A stretch of 64,000 nucleotides of DNA from the NCBI GenBank assembly GCA_902532565.1, contig CACAIR010000002.1, positions 9,494-73,493 of the forward strand, written 5' to 3'. This DNA is from an uncultured Pelagibacteraceae bacterium. GTDB taxonomy: Bacteria > Pseudomonadota > Alphaproteobacteria > Pelagibacterales > Pelagibacteraceae. Numbering within the stretch: position 1 is the stretch's first letter; each line of letters begins with the position of its first letter. Made by a program: the position numbers and the translations under genes. The notes beneath the pieces are model-generated. The model saw only the letters and a list, made by a program, of their open reading frames with translations. It had not been told where the DNA came from and made no database searches. Positions 18,012-27,407 of this stretch are shown here, one piece after another.

Positions 18012-19163
18012 TTGAACAGATCAAATCAATTAATAGAAATACATCATTCAGGAAAACCTTATATTATTTATAAATCTGAAAATGGATTTGATCTTTATAC
18101 TGATTTTTCAAAAAAAATTATTTTGAATAATAAAAACATTAAAAGTTTTTTAATTAAAAAAAATAAACAAAAATCAAAAAAGACTGACCTTTTTATTGGT
18201 TTTTTTGGATATGAGCTGTTAAATAATTTGATTAATATAAAAGTTCCAAAACAAAAAAATTTGAATTTTCCAAAAGGAATTTTTTATAAACCAGAAAAAA
18301 AAATTAAACTTAGCAACAAACTTAAATATGACAAAAAAAATTTTGAGTCTGGGAGATTTCAAATCAATATTAATAAAAAAAACTATATAAAAATATTCAA
18401 TAAGTTTAAGAAAAAAATTAAAAGTGGTGAGACCTACCAAATTAAGATTTGCACTAAATACAAAACTAAATCAAAAATTAATCCATTAGATTTTTTTTCA
18501 AGATTATCTAGCACCAATTTAGCTCCAGAAGCTTTTATGATTAAGGATTATAATTACTCAATAATTAGTTGTTCGCCCGAAAATTTAATAACAAAAAAAG
18601 GTGCAGATATATCAACAAAACCAATTGCGGGTACTGTTAAAAAAACAAAACATCTAAATAAAACCAAAGCATTAAGTTATTTTAGAAAAAATATTAAAGA
18701 GACAAAGGAACATAATATGATAGTTGATATGGAAAGGAGTGATTTATCTAGAGTCTGTAAGGTTGGCTCTATAAAATTATCTAAACAAAAGATTGTTGAA
18801 GAATATAAAGATCTTTTTCATTATGTGAGCCTAATTAAGGGAAAACTAAAAAAAAATACCAATAACTTAGATATAATTAAAGCAATGATGCCAGGTGGAT
18901 CAGTTATTGGGTGTCCAAAGATAAATACTCTCAATCTTTTAAATAATCAGGAAAAAGAAAATAGAAATATTTATACAGGAAGTTTTGGGTATATAAAATT
19001 TAATGGTGATATGAGATTCAATATAATTATTAGATCAATTCTAAATTATAAAAATATTTCTGAAATCTCAGTTGCCTCAGGCGTTGTCGTAGATAGTAAT
19101 GCTAATCATGAATTTAACGAAAATTTTATCAAAGCTAAAGCATTAATAGATTTATTTAAATGA
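18012..19163 (+). CDS. pabB: chorismate-binding enzyme (aminodeoxychorismate synthase component I-like)
   Basis: GETYQI, SCSPE, KPIAGT, KEHNMIVDMERSDL, PGGSVIGCPK, YTGSFG, FNIIIRS; followed by a GATase and a class IV lyase. Confidence 0.7.
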   Translation: MNRSNQLIEIHHSGKPYIIYKSENGFDLYTDFSKKIILNNKNIKSFLIKKNKQKSKKTDLFIGFFGYELLNNLINIKVPKQKNLNFPKGIFYKPEKKIKLSNKLKYDKKNFESGRFQININKKNYIKIFNKFKKKIKSGETYQIKICTKYKTKSKINPLDFFSRLSSTNLAPEAFMIKDYNYSIISCSPENLITKKGADISTKPIAGTVKKTKHLNKTKALSYFRKNIKETKEHNMIVDMERSDLSRVCKVGSIKLSKQKIVEEYKDLFHYVSLIKGKLKKNTNNLDIIKAMMPGGSVIGCPKINTLNLLNNQEKENRNIYTGSFGYIKFNGDMRFNIIIRSILNYKNISEISVASGVVVDSNANHEFNENFIKAKALIDLFK

Positions 19164-19717
19164 TTTATGTGATTGATCATAACGACTCCTTTACTCACAA
19201 TGTTATTCATCAATTTGCTCATTTTGATAAAGTTGAGTGTGATAACTATAATGAGATAAATGAAAAAAAAATTAAGCAAGCATCAACTATAGTTTTCTCG
19301 CCAGGACCGGGAAACCCCAAAAATTATCCAAATACTACTAAAATTTACAAAAAATATAAGGGAAAAAAAAAGATGATAGGTATTTGTTTAGGATTTCAGC
19401 ATATTCTATTTTGTGAGGGTGCAAAAATTATTGAACAAAAAAGAATATATCATGGTTTTCAATCAAACATTAAAGTAGTCAATAACAAATCTTTGTTCAA
19501 AAAAGGAAAAATATTTAAAGTCGGTAGGTATCATTCTTTAAAATTAAAAGAACCTTTTAAATCTAATAATTTTGAGATAACTATGAGATGTTTAACTTCA
19601 AAAGTTGCAATGGCTTTTGAAAATAACAAGGAAAAAATATATGGATTTCAATTTCACCCAGAATCTTTTTTAACCATCAATGGCAAAATACTTATTAAAA
19701 AAATCTTATCAGCTTAA
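19160..19717 (+). CDS. pabA: glutamine amidotransferase component II
   Basis: IDHNDSFT, SPGPG, GICLGFQ, RYHSL, QFHPES. Confidence 0.8.
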   Translation: MIYVIDHNDSFTHNVIHQFAHFDKVECDNYNEINEKKIKQASTIVFSPGPGNPKNYPNTTKIYKKYKGKKKMIGICLGFQHILFCEGAKIIEQKRIYHGFQSNIKVVNNKSLFKKGKIFKVGRYHSLKLKEPFKSNNFEITMRCLTSKVAMAFENNKEKIYGFQFHPESFLTINGKILIKKILSA

Positions 19718-20453
19718 AAACTTAAAACAAATTGAATTTCATGATCTTTGGGGAGATCATGGAATTTTTACAACGATGTGGATTTTTGGTAAACCAGCTA
19801 AAATTTTATTCTTTGAAAATCATTTAAAAAAATTAATTTCATCTCTAAAAAAATACCAAATAAAAAAAAAATCTTTAAAAAAAAATATTTTAGAAATTAT
19901 TAATAAAAATTTATCTAAAAAGAAAAAATATAATCATTTATTGAGAGTTGCTGTAAATAAAAAAACTATATCAATATCTTTAAGAAAAAGAGTTAAATCA
20001 AAATTAAATTTTAATTTGAAATTAATCAAATTAAAAAGAGAGAAACCAGAGTTTAAAAATCTTAAATACAAAAAAATCTTATATCATTTATCTAAAATGG
20101 ATAACTCTAAATCAGATATTGCATTGGTGTCTAATCAGAAATTGTTAGAAACTGGTACTTCAAATTTATTATTTATTAAAGATCAAAAATTTTTTACACC
20201 TAAAAAGGATTATTATGAGGGAAATACTTATAAATTTTTTAAAACAAAAATAAAAAAGATAATTAAAAAGGATATTTTTCTTAAAGAGATAAAAAATTAT
20301 GATGAAATATTATTAATAGGGTCTGGGAAAGGTGTTACTTCAGTTAGAACTATAAATGAAATTCAGTGGAAAAGAAAAAATCTTGAAAAGTTTAGGCTTC
20401 TTTCAAGACACTATGATGTCGTTATAAATAAATGTAATTCTTATAGATTTTAG
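19680..20453 (+). CDS. pabC: aminotransferase class IV / 4-amino-4-deoxychorismate lyase-like
   Basis: GDHGIFTTM, H..KL..S, KNLKY (PLP Lys), ETGTSNLLF; position after pabBA. Confidence 0.65.
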   Translation: MAKYLLKKSYQLKNLKQIEFHDLWGDHGIFTTMWIFGKPAKILFFENHLKKLISSLKKYQIKKKSLKKNILEIINKNLSKKKKYNHLLRVAVNKKTISISLRKRVKSKLNFNLKLIKLKREKPEFKNLKYKKILYHLSKMDNSKSDIALVSNQKLLETGTSNLLFIKDQKFFTPKKDYYEGNTYKFFKTKIKKIIKKDIFLKEIKNYDEILLIGSGKGVTSVRTINEIQWKRKNLEKFRLLSRHYDVVINKCNSYRF

Positions 20454-20457
20454 ACAA

Positions 20458-20856
20458 ATGAAAGATCCAAACAATCCTTGTTTATTTTGTAATGTTAAAA
20501 AAAGTGTTTGTGCTCATGAAAATGAGTTGGCATATGCAAGTTATGACTCATATCCAGTTTCAGAACATCATTGTTTGATTATTCCCAAAAGACACATAAC
20601 GGATTATTTTGATTTATCTAATGATGAATTGTTTGCGTGTAATGAGCTCATAAAAATTGTAAAAAAGGAAATAAACAATAAAGATCCATCAGTTAAAGGT
20701 TTTAATCTAGGCACAAATATAGGAATTGTATCTGGTCAATCTATTTTACATTGTCATATTCATTTGATTCCCCGAAGAGAGGGAGATGTTGATAATCCTC
20801 AAGGGGGAGTAAGGTCAGTCATTCCAAACAAACAACATTATAAAAGAAATAATTAG
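20458..20856 (+). CDS. HIT family nucleotide hydrolase/transferase
   Basis: CLFC, YPVSEHHCLIIPKRH, GFNLG.N.G..SGQSILHCHIHLIPRR (HxHxHxx triad). Confidence 0.93.
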   Translation: MKDPNNPCLFCNVKKSVCAHENELAYASYDSYPVSEHHCLIIPKRHITDYFDLSNDELFACNELIKIVKKEINNKDPSVKGFNLGTNIGIVSGQSILHCHIHLIPRREGDVDNPQGGVRSVIPNKQHYKRNN

Positions 20857-20873
20857 CCTGTTATAAAGACAAA

Positions 20874-20908
20874 TTGACCCCAGTTTGAGGTTGAACTATA
20901 AATTCAAC
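20874..20908 (+). promoter_or_regulatory. candidate aprMBA promoter with overlapping palindrome
   Basis: TTGACC(20874)-N17-TATAAA(20897); inverted repeat GTTGAA-N7-TTCAAC (20890-20908) brackets the -10. Confidence 0.5.
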
Positions 20909-20953
20909 TATATATAAAACTTAAAAAAATTCAAAATTTAACAAAAGGCGAGA

Positions 20954-21748
20954 ATGTTAAGTAACAATCCATTTTCAATTTTATCTGAAACAATCTCACC
21001 ATTTGCAATGCAATCTTTTATTGTTGCGATGGCTTTGTTGATAGCAGTCGGAACAATCATTCAAATGATACATCATAAAAACCTGACCTACTTTTTTAAT
21101 AATGCAAAAAAAGCAAAACTTTCAGCAACAAAAAAATTAGGTGTAGGAGAAAAAGTCTCTGTCATTGCCAAAACAACAGTGGTGGATATCGGAACAACTT
21201 CAGAATTAGGTTTTGGAAAAAGAAGGTTAGCACATGTTCTTGGAATGTATGGAACAATTTTGTTTTGGGTGTCTACGGCTATTTTAGTTTTTTATTACAC
21301 AGGTGCTGATAAACCAAATTCTCATATATGGTCTATGATTTGGCATGTTGGAGCAATACTAACTTGCTTGGGAGGATATTGGTTTTGGTTTTTTTTAAGG
21401 GTTGATGTATCTGCAGAGGCTCATCCATGGTACAGAATTATTAAGGCTGATTTATTTGTTTTAGCGTTACTCGCATGTTCAACTTTTGGCTTAGCTTGGT
21501 CATTCACTCAATTTAATGGCCAAATTGGATTATCCTATTTGTTTTTAACTTTATTTGTAGCTTCAAACTTAATTTTATTTGGAGGAATTTACTGGTCAAA
21601 ATTTGCTCATATGTTTTATAAACCTGGAGCAGCAATACAAAAAAATTTAGCTGAAGCTGATGGTTCAAGAGATAATCTTCCACCCCCAGCAGATGCCCCT
21701 GAGCAATTTGGCCTAGGTATAAAAAGAGAAGAGCCAAAACACTATTAA
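20954..21748 (+). CDS. aprM: APS reductase membrane anchor
   Basis: Multi-TM protein directly upstream of aprB; RRLAHVLGMYG, GGYWFWFFLRVDV, WSKFAHMFYKP. Confidence 0.85.
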   Translation: MLSNNPFSILSETISPFAMQSFIVAMALLIAVGTIIQMIHHKNLTYFFNNAKKAKLSATKKLGVGEKVSVIAKTTVVDIGTTSELGFGKRRLAHVLGMYGTILFWVSTAILVFYYTGADKPNSHIWSMIWHVGAILTCLGGYWFWFFLRVDVSAEAHPWYRIIKADLFVLALLACSTFGLAWSFTQFNGQIGLSYLFLTLFVASNLILFGGIYWSKFAHMFYKPGAAIQKNLAEADGSRDNLPPPADAPEQFGLGIKREEPKHY

Positions 21749-21780
21749 TGTGGTAAAAAAAAAAGGAGAAATTTAAAATT

Positions 21781-22251
21781 ATGTCAACTTTTGTATACAT
21801 GACAAGATGTGATGGCTGTGGTCACTGTGTAGACATATGTCCATCGGATATCATGCATATTGACGAAAATATTAGAAGAGCAAAAAATATTGAACCAAAT
21901 TTTTGTTGGGAGTGTTATTCTTGCGTTAAAGCATGCCCTAATCATGCAATCGATGTTAGAGGTTATGCAGATTTTGCACCAATGGGTCATAGTGTAAGAG
22001 TTAGAAGAGAGGAAGAAAAAGGAACAATTTCTTGGAAAATTAAATTTAGAAATGGCACAGAAAAAAATTTTGTATCTCCAATTACAACAAAACCCTGGGG
22101 AAAATTTATTCCTAAGCTTGCTGAGGGGGATAAACCAAATCAAGGCGAAATTAATTCACAAAGACTTTACACTGAACCAGAGGGATTAAATACCAATGGG
22201 GAATTACCTTCTGTTCCAAAAAATTCATTTAAAAAAGGTGTTTATTATTAA
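21781..22251 (+). CDS. aprB: adenylylsulfate reductase beta subunit
   Basis: Two [4Fe-4S] motifs, CDGCGHCVDICP and CWECYSCVKACP; RGYADFAP; SD AGGAG. Confidence 0.97.
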   Translation: MSTFVYMTRCDGCGHCVDICPSDIMHIDENIRRAKNIEPNFCWECYSCVKACPNHAIDVRGYADFAPMGHSVRVRREEEKGTISWKIKFRNGTEKNFVSPITTKPWGKFIPKLAEGDKPNQGEINSQRLYTEPEGLNTNGELPSVPKNSFKKGVYY

Positions 22252-24110
22252 TGGCTAAACATAAAACTCATTTTGAAGAATGTGATGTATTAGTAGTTGG
22301 TGGTGGTATGGCTGGCACTGGTGCTACTTTTGAAGCTAGGCACTGGGGAAGAGATTTGAAAATTATTTGTGTTGAAAAAGCAAATATTGATAGAAGTGGA
22401 GCTGTTGCTCAAGGTTTATATGCAATTAATTGTTATATGGGAATGCAATGGGATGAAAATCAGCCAGAGGACCATGTTAGATATGCAAGAAATGATTTAA
22501 TGGGGATGGTTAGAGAAGATCTAGGATATGACATGGCACGCCATGTAGACTCTACAGTTCACATGTTCGATGAGTGGGGTCTTCCAATGATGAAAAATGA
22601 AAAAACTGGAAGATACTTAAGAGAGGGTAAATGGCAAATAATGATTCATGGTGAAAGTTATAAGCCAATTGTTGCAGAAGCTGCAAAAAAATCAGCTGAT
22701 AAAATTTATAATAGAATAATGATAACTCATTTATTAATGGATGAGTCTCAAGAAAATAGAATTGGAGGAGCAGTTGGTTTTAATATGAGAACTGGTGATT
22801 TTCATGTGTTTAGGGCAAAAACTGTAATTGTTGCAGCAGGTGGTGCATCTCATATTTTTAAACCAAGAGCAGTTGGAGAGGGCATGGGAAGAACTTGGTA
22901 TGCTCCTTGGAGTAATGGTTCAGCTTACGCATTACCAATAGCAGCAGGTGCTAAAATGACTCAAATGGAAAATAGAATTGTTTTATGTAGATTTAAAGAT
23001 GGTTACGGTCCAGTGGGAGCATATTTTTTACATTTAAAAACGTATACTCAAAACGCTAATGGCGAAAATTATGAGAAAAAATGGTACGATCAAACCAAAG
23101 AATTAGTTGGAGAATATATTGATCATCACCCAACACCAACTTGTTTAAGAAACCACGCATTTATTCAAGAAGTAGCAGCAGGCGGTGGACCTATCCATAT
23201 GGTCACGAAAGAAGCTTTCCAAGACCCACATTTAGAGACTGTTGGCTGGGAAAATTTTTTAGGAATGACCGTTGGTCAAGCAGTAGTTTGGGCTTCCCAG
23301 AATATTGATCCAAAGTACACTAATCCTGAATTAACAACTTCAGAACCATATGTAATGGGTTCTCATGCGACTTGTTCAGGAGCATGGGTAAGTGGACCAG
23401 AAGATTTGTCACCACCTGAATATTTTTGGGGATATAATAGAATGCTTACTATTGAAGGATTATTTGGTGCTGGAGATACAGTCGGCGGAAGTGCTCATAA
23501 ATTCTCATCAGGCTCATTTACTGAGGGCAGATTAGCAGCAAAAGCAGCCGTTAAGTATATTGAGGACAAAAAAGCTGAAGGTATAAATGTATCTGACAAA
23601 CAATGTGAAAATTTTAAAAATGCTGTATATAAACCTTTAGAAACATACACAGTTGCACAGAATGAAATTACTGGTGGTACAGTTTCTCCTAGTTATATTT
23701 CTCCAATCCAAGGATTACAAAGGCTCCAAAAAATTATGGACGAGTATGTTGGTGGAATAACATCGAATTATATGACTAATGGTAATATGTTGAAAAGAGC
23801 TCTAGAACTTTTAGATTGGCTTCAGGAGGACTTAGAAAAAGTAGGAGCTGAAGATTATCATCAATTAATGAGAGCTTGGGAACTTAAACATAGAGCCTTA
23901 ACTTCTCAATGCGTTACAGAACATACTTTATTTAGAGAAGAAACTCGTTGGCCAGGATATTATTACAGAGGAGATCATATGAAATTAGACGATGACAACT
24001 GGCATTGTTTAACAGTTTCAAGAAGAGATCCTAAAACTGGTAAGTTTACAATGGAAAAAGTTCCTGTGTATCACATTGTGGATGAAAATGAGAAGAAGAA
24101 GGCCTCATAA
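22251..24110 (+). CDS. aprA: adenylylsulfate reductase alpha subunit
   Basis: GGGMAG FAD site, RSGAVAQGL, WQIMIHGESYKP, RFKDGYGPVGA, HKFSSGS, REETRWPG. Confidence 0.97.
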   Translation: MAKHKTHFEECDVLVVGGGMAGTGATFEARHWGRDLKIICVEKANIDRSGAVAQGLYAINCYMGMQWDENQPEDHVRYARNDLMGMVREDLGYDMARHVDSTVHMFDEWGLPMMKNEKTGRYLREGKWQIMIHGESYKPIVAEAAKKSADKIYNRIMITHLLMDESQENRIGGAVGFNMRTGDFHVFRAKTVIVAAGGASHIFKPRAVGEGMGRTWYAPWSNGSAYALPIAAGAKMTQMENRIVLCRFKDGYGPVGAYFLHLKTYTQNANGENYEKKWYDQTKELVGEYIDHHPTPTCLRNHAFIQEVAAGGGPIHMVTKEAFQDPHLETVGWENFLGMTVGQAVVWASQNIDPKYTNPELTTSEPYVMGSHATCSGAWVSGPEDLSPPEYFWGYNRMLTIEGLFGAGDTVGGSAHKFSSGSFTEGRLAAKAAVKYIEDKKAEGINVSDKQCENFKNAVYKPLETYTVAQNEITGGTVSPSYISPIQGLQRLQKIMDEYVGGITSNYMTNGNMLKRALELLDWLQEDLEKVGAEDYHQLMRAWELKHRALTSQCVTEHTLFREETRWPGYYYRGDHMKLDDDNWHCLTVSRRDPKTGKFTMEKVPVYHIVDENEKKKAS

Positions 24111-24134
24111 TCATATTTAAAGAACAAAACATCA

Positions 24135-24485
24135 ATGGATCTTTTAGCTAAATCTGATGAAGAAATATTTGAGATAGGTAAACCTTATTGGGAAAATTTA
24201 GTGAGATCCTCAAATCTTAAGGATTATGGAGGATTTACTCGAGATTTTTCAACTCAAATGTTGTTTGGGGCGAATGAAGTTGAGCTTGGGAAGCAATGGG
24301 CTAACAACGATCTTATCACCAATCTAACTGAGACTTATGAGCCGTTTGGTACTTTAAGAAGGGGTGAGCATATAACAGTTCTAATCAAGCAAACTAATAA
24401 GAAAATTCCTGGAGAATTTTTAGGAAGACTGGTTCTAGGAGTGGAAGATGGCTTGGTAAAGGTCTTTGGTGCAACAATTTATTGA
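24135..24485 (+). CDS. hypothetical protein (116 aa) immediately after aprA
   Basis: ORF 24 nt after the aprA stop; globular composition (SDEEI.....P...NL...S...DY..FTRDFS...PGEF). Confidence 0.7.
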   Translation: MDLLAKSDEEIFEIGKPYWENLVRSSNLKDYGGFTRDFSTQMLFGANEVELGKQWANNDLITNLTETYEPFGTLRRGEHITVLIKQTNKKIPGEFLGRLVLGVEDGLVKVFGATIY

Positions 24486-24549
24486 AAAAAAAAGTTTCAG
24501 TATAGTTTTAGTTTGACAATTATTTTGCGAGGTGTATTGAGAATTAAAG

Positions 24550-24684
24550 ATGCATCTTACAAATATAAAAATTCATCAAAAAATTGTAGAAAAGAAATCA
24601 ACACTTATAAAAACAGGGATTTTTTCAACGATAGTTGCTTGTTGGGGTGTAATCTTAGTTGGAACTTTTCTAACTTTTAAATAA
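24550..24684 (+). CDS. unannotated 44-aa protein with C-terminal TM helix
   Basis: MHLTNIKIHQKIVEKKSTLIKTGIFSTIVACWGVILVGTFLTFK; fills the gap before the TauE gene; TTGACA at 24513. Confidence 0.5.
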   Translation: MHLTNIKIHQKIVEKKSTLIKTGIFSTIVACWGVILVGTFLTFK

Positions 24685-24710
24685 ATTATATTTATAATTT
24701 TTATTTTTAG

Positions 24711-25805
24711 ATGGAAGTTTTTTTACCTATAGCTCAAGTCTTTGTTAATCCAATAGAAATACTTTTATTAAGTGCAATAGTAGGAGTCCTGTCGGGCTTA
24801 TTTGGAGTTGGTGGTGGATTTTTGATGACACCATTTTTAATTTTTATGGGCATCCCCCCTGCATATGCTGTTGCAAATGAAGCAAATAATATTTTAGCAA
24901 CCTCAGTATCAGGATCTACTACTCACTATTTAAAAAATACTTTAGATTATAAAATGGGTTTTATGATTGTAATTGGCGGCTCAATAGGAACAGCCCTAGG
25001 AATTTATATGTTTACTTATTTTAAAGATATTGGGAAAATTGATACTGTTATTTCTTTGGCCTACATGTACATACTTGCAATTATAGGTACATTGATGTTG
25101 GTTGAAAGCTTAGGTGAAATTGACAAAGCAAAAAAAAATATTGTAGAGAGAAAAAAATTACATGTTCACTACTGGATACATGGGCTTCCAGTAAGAATGA
25201 GATTTCCAAAATCAAAATTATATGAAAGTATATTTACACCCATTCTAATTGGGTTAGCAGTTGGTTTTATAGCTGCAATTATGGGTATCGGTGGAGCTTT
25301 TATTTTAGTTCCAGCAATGATTTATATTATCAAAATGCCTACCAAATTAGTTCCTGGAACATCTTTATTCGTTACTATATTTGTAAGCGTAATAGTTACT
25401 TTTTTACATTCATTCAACTATGGTTCAATAGATTTAATGCTAGTTGTTATGTTGGTAGTAGGATCAATTATTGGTGTACAAGTAGGTCAAAAACTTGGAG
25501 AACAGATAGATAGCTCTGGATTAAAAGCATTGTTAGCAATATTATTATTAGTTGTAGGAATAGTAATTGCTTATGATACTTTTTTTGCAGAAGAAATTCA
25601 TAACGAAACGATCAAAATATTAAATAAAGATTTAAATTTTTTTTCAAAATTTATTTTAGAGTTTTCTAAGGATATGCCTTTTTTTTATGGACTATTTTCA
25701 ATTTTGTTTGCAATTCTTCTTGGAATTGGAGCCGCTTTTATCAGAAGGTTTATCTCAAAATTTAGGGAAAAATATTTACCTAATACGATGAAACAATCTA
25801 AATAA
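24711..25805 (+). CDS. TauE/SafE (TSUP) family permease with C-terminal extension
   Basis: VGVLSGLFGVGGGFLMTP and AAIMGIGGAFILVPAMIY repeats, GTSLF. Confidence 0.85.
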   Translation: MEVFLPIAQVFVNPIEILLLSAIVGVLSGLFGVGGGFLMTPFLIFMGIPPAYAVANEANNILATSVSGSTTHYLKNTLDYKMGFMIVIGGSIGTALGIYMFTYFKDIGKIDTVISLAYMYILAIIGTLMLVESLGEIDKAKKNIVERKKLHVHYWIHGLPVRMRFPKSKLYESIFTPILIGLAVGFIAAIMGIGGAFILVPAMIYIIKMPTKLVPGTSLFVTIFVSVIVTFLHSFNYGSIDLMLVVMLVVGSIIGVQVGQKLGEQIDSSGLKALLAILLLVVGIVIAYDTFFAEEIHNETIKILNKDLNFFSKFILEFSKDMPFFYGLFSILFAILLGIGAAFIRRFISKFREKYLPNTMKQSK

Positions 25806-25837
25806 ATAATTTTAAAAATTTTCGAAAAATTAATTAA

Positions 25838-27004
25838 TCAAGCACTTCTATAAAGTTTAGTCATTACAAATTCTTTATGACCCAAAGCTTCTGCACAAGT
25901 TAATCTTCCGTTTGCTACTCTCATCGTTGTTTTGATTAGCTCGTCTCCTGCTTGAGACAAGTTCATTTCTCGCGAAAGAATCTTTGAAACGTCACAATCA
26001 ATATGTTCACCCATTCCTTTAACTGTTAAAGGGTTAGCTGTTAGTTTAATAACTGGCTCAATTGGGTTTCCAACAATATTACCTTGGCCAGTTGGAAATA
26101 AGTGAATATTAAATCCCGCAGCTGCTTGTAAAGTAACACATTCAGCTGCAGCTGAGGATGTGTCCATAAAATATAAGCCTTTCCCTTTTTTTGGTTCCTC
26201 CGCAGGCTCTAAAACATCAACAAATTTACAATTTCCAATTTTTTGAAAATTACCAAAAGCTTTTTCTTCAATTGTGGTCAAGCCCCCCGCAATGTTACCT
26301 GCCGTAGGTTGACTTTCAGAAAGATCATCAGTGGCTTCTTTTAAGATAAAATCGTTATACGCACTCCAGGTTTTCATAAATTTATCAGAAGCTTCCTTTG
26401 TTGAGCCTCTCTTGGCACAAACTTTTTCAGCTCCCGTTAATTCGGATGTTTCACCAAAACACAAATGAACCCCCATAGGCTCTAATTTATCCATTAGATT
26501 TCCAACAGTTGGATTTGAAGCCAAACCTGATGTCGTATCAGACTCACCACACTTTACAGATATCCAAAGATCACTCATTGGACATTCTTCTCTTTGTTTT
26601 TCAGAGGCCCACATAACAAATTCTTGTGCTTTTTTTGATGCTTTCATTACTGTTCCAATATCACCAGTACGCTCAATATGAAAACCTTCTACAGGTTTTC
26701 CAGTTTTTGAAATTCCATCTACAATCTTTTTTGTCCATTTAGGTTCAATACCAATCACGATTACTGCAGCTACGTTTGGATTACTACCAGTTCCTATCAT
26801 CGTTCTAAAATGTAATTCTAAATCTGCTCCAAATTGTAGTCTCCCATACGAATGAGGAAGAGCTATTGTACCTTTAATATTATTAGCTACAGCTTCAGCA
26901 CATGCATTGGAGATGTCATCTACAGGAAGAATGATTACATGGTTTCTAGTTCCTGCTCTTCCATTTTCTCTCTTGTAACCTAAAAAACTTTTTGGGATTT
27001 CCAT
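25838..27004 (-). CDS. suyB: (2R)-sulfolactate sulfo-lyase beta subunit (UxaA family)
   Basis: [64 protein letters not shown]; split from an upstream SAF-domain gene. Confidence 0.85.
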   Translation of the reverse strand: MEIPKSFLGYKRENGRAGTRNHVIILPVDDISNACAEAVANNIKGTIALPHSYGRLQFGADLELHFRTMIGTGSNPNVAAVIVIGIEPKWTKKIVDGISKTGKPVEGFHIERTGDIGTVMKASKKAQEFVMWASEKQREECPMSDLWISVKCGESDTTSGLASNPTVGNLMDKLEPMGVHLCFGETSELTGAEKVCAKRGSTKEASDKFMKTWSAYNDFILKEATDDLSESQPTAGNIAGGLTTIEEKAFGNFQKIGNCKFVDVLEPAEEPKKGKGLYFMDTSSAAAECVTLQAAAGFNIHLFPTGQGNIVGNPIEPVIKLTANPLTVKGMGEHIDCDVSKILSREMNLSQAGDELIKTTMRVANGRLTCAEALGHKEFVMTKLYRSA

Positions 27005-27008
27005 AAAA

Positions 27009-27293
27009 TTACCACTTCTTTGTTTTTACGTTATGAACATGTACATGTTCACCTTTTTTGATTGACTTAACTACTTTACCAATATCGTGGCCATATTTTA
27101 AGATTGTATCTCCTTCTTTTAGATCTTCCATTGCAATTTTGTGACCTAAAGGTATTTCATCTACTGATTGAATATTTACCGTACTATTGTTTTCCATTAT
27201 CCAGCAAGAACAGTCTTGTTTTGGGGTAATTTTTTCAATTACGACTACGCCCACGTTATCTTTTTGGTCGTGAATTATTATGTCAGTAGCCAT
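27009..27293 (-). CDS. suyA: sulfolactate sulfo-lyase alpha subunit (SAF domain)
   Basis: [36 protein letters not shown]; ATG at 27293 preferred over TTG 27305. Confidence 0.85.
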   Translation of the reverse strand: MATDIIIHDQKDNVGVVVIEKITPKQDCSCWIMENNSTVNIQSVDEIPLGHKIAMEDLKEGDTILKYGHDIGKVVKSIKKGEHVHVHNVKTKKW

Positions 27294-27407
27294 ATATGGT
27301 GTCAATTTGATTGTTTGAATTTTTGAAAATCTTATATATTAATCGCACAAATTAATAAATAGTTTTTAAAAATTATTTCACTTTGTAATATAAGAAAGGT
27401 TCTATAA

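Noticed and set aside
20954-24110. aprBA as evidence of dissimilatory sulfate reduction
   Set aside because: AprM-type anchor, no qmo/dsr/sat in the window, and a context of sulfite-releasing lyases point to the oxidative or detoxifying direction.
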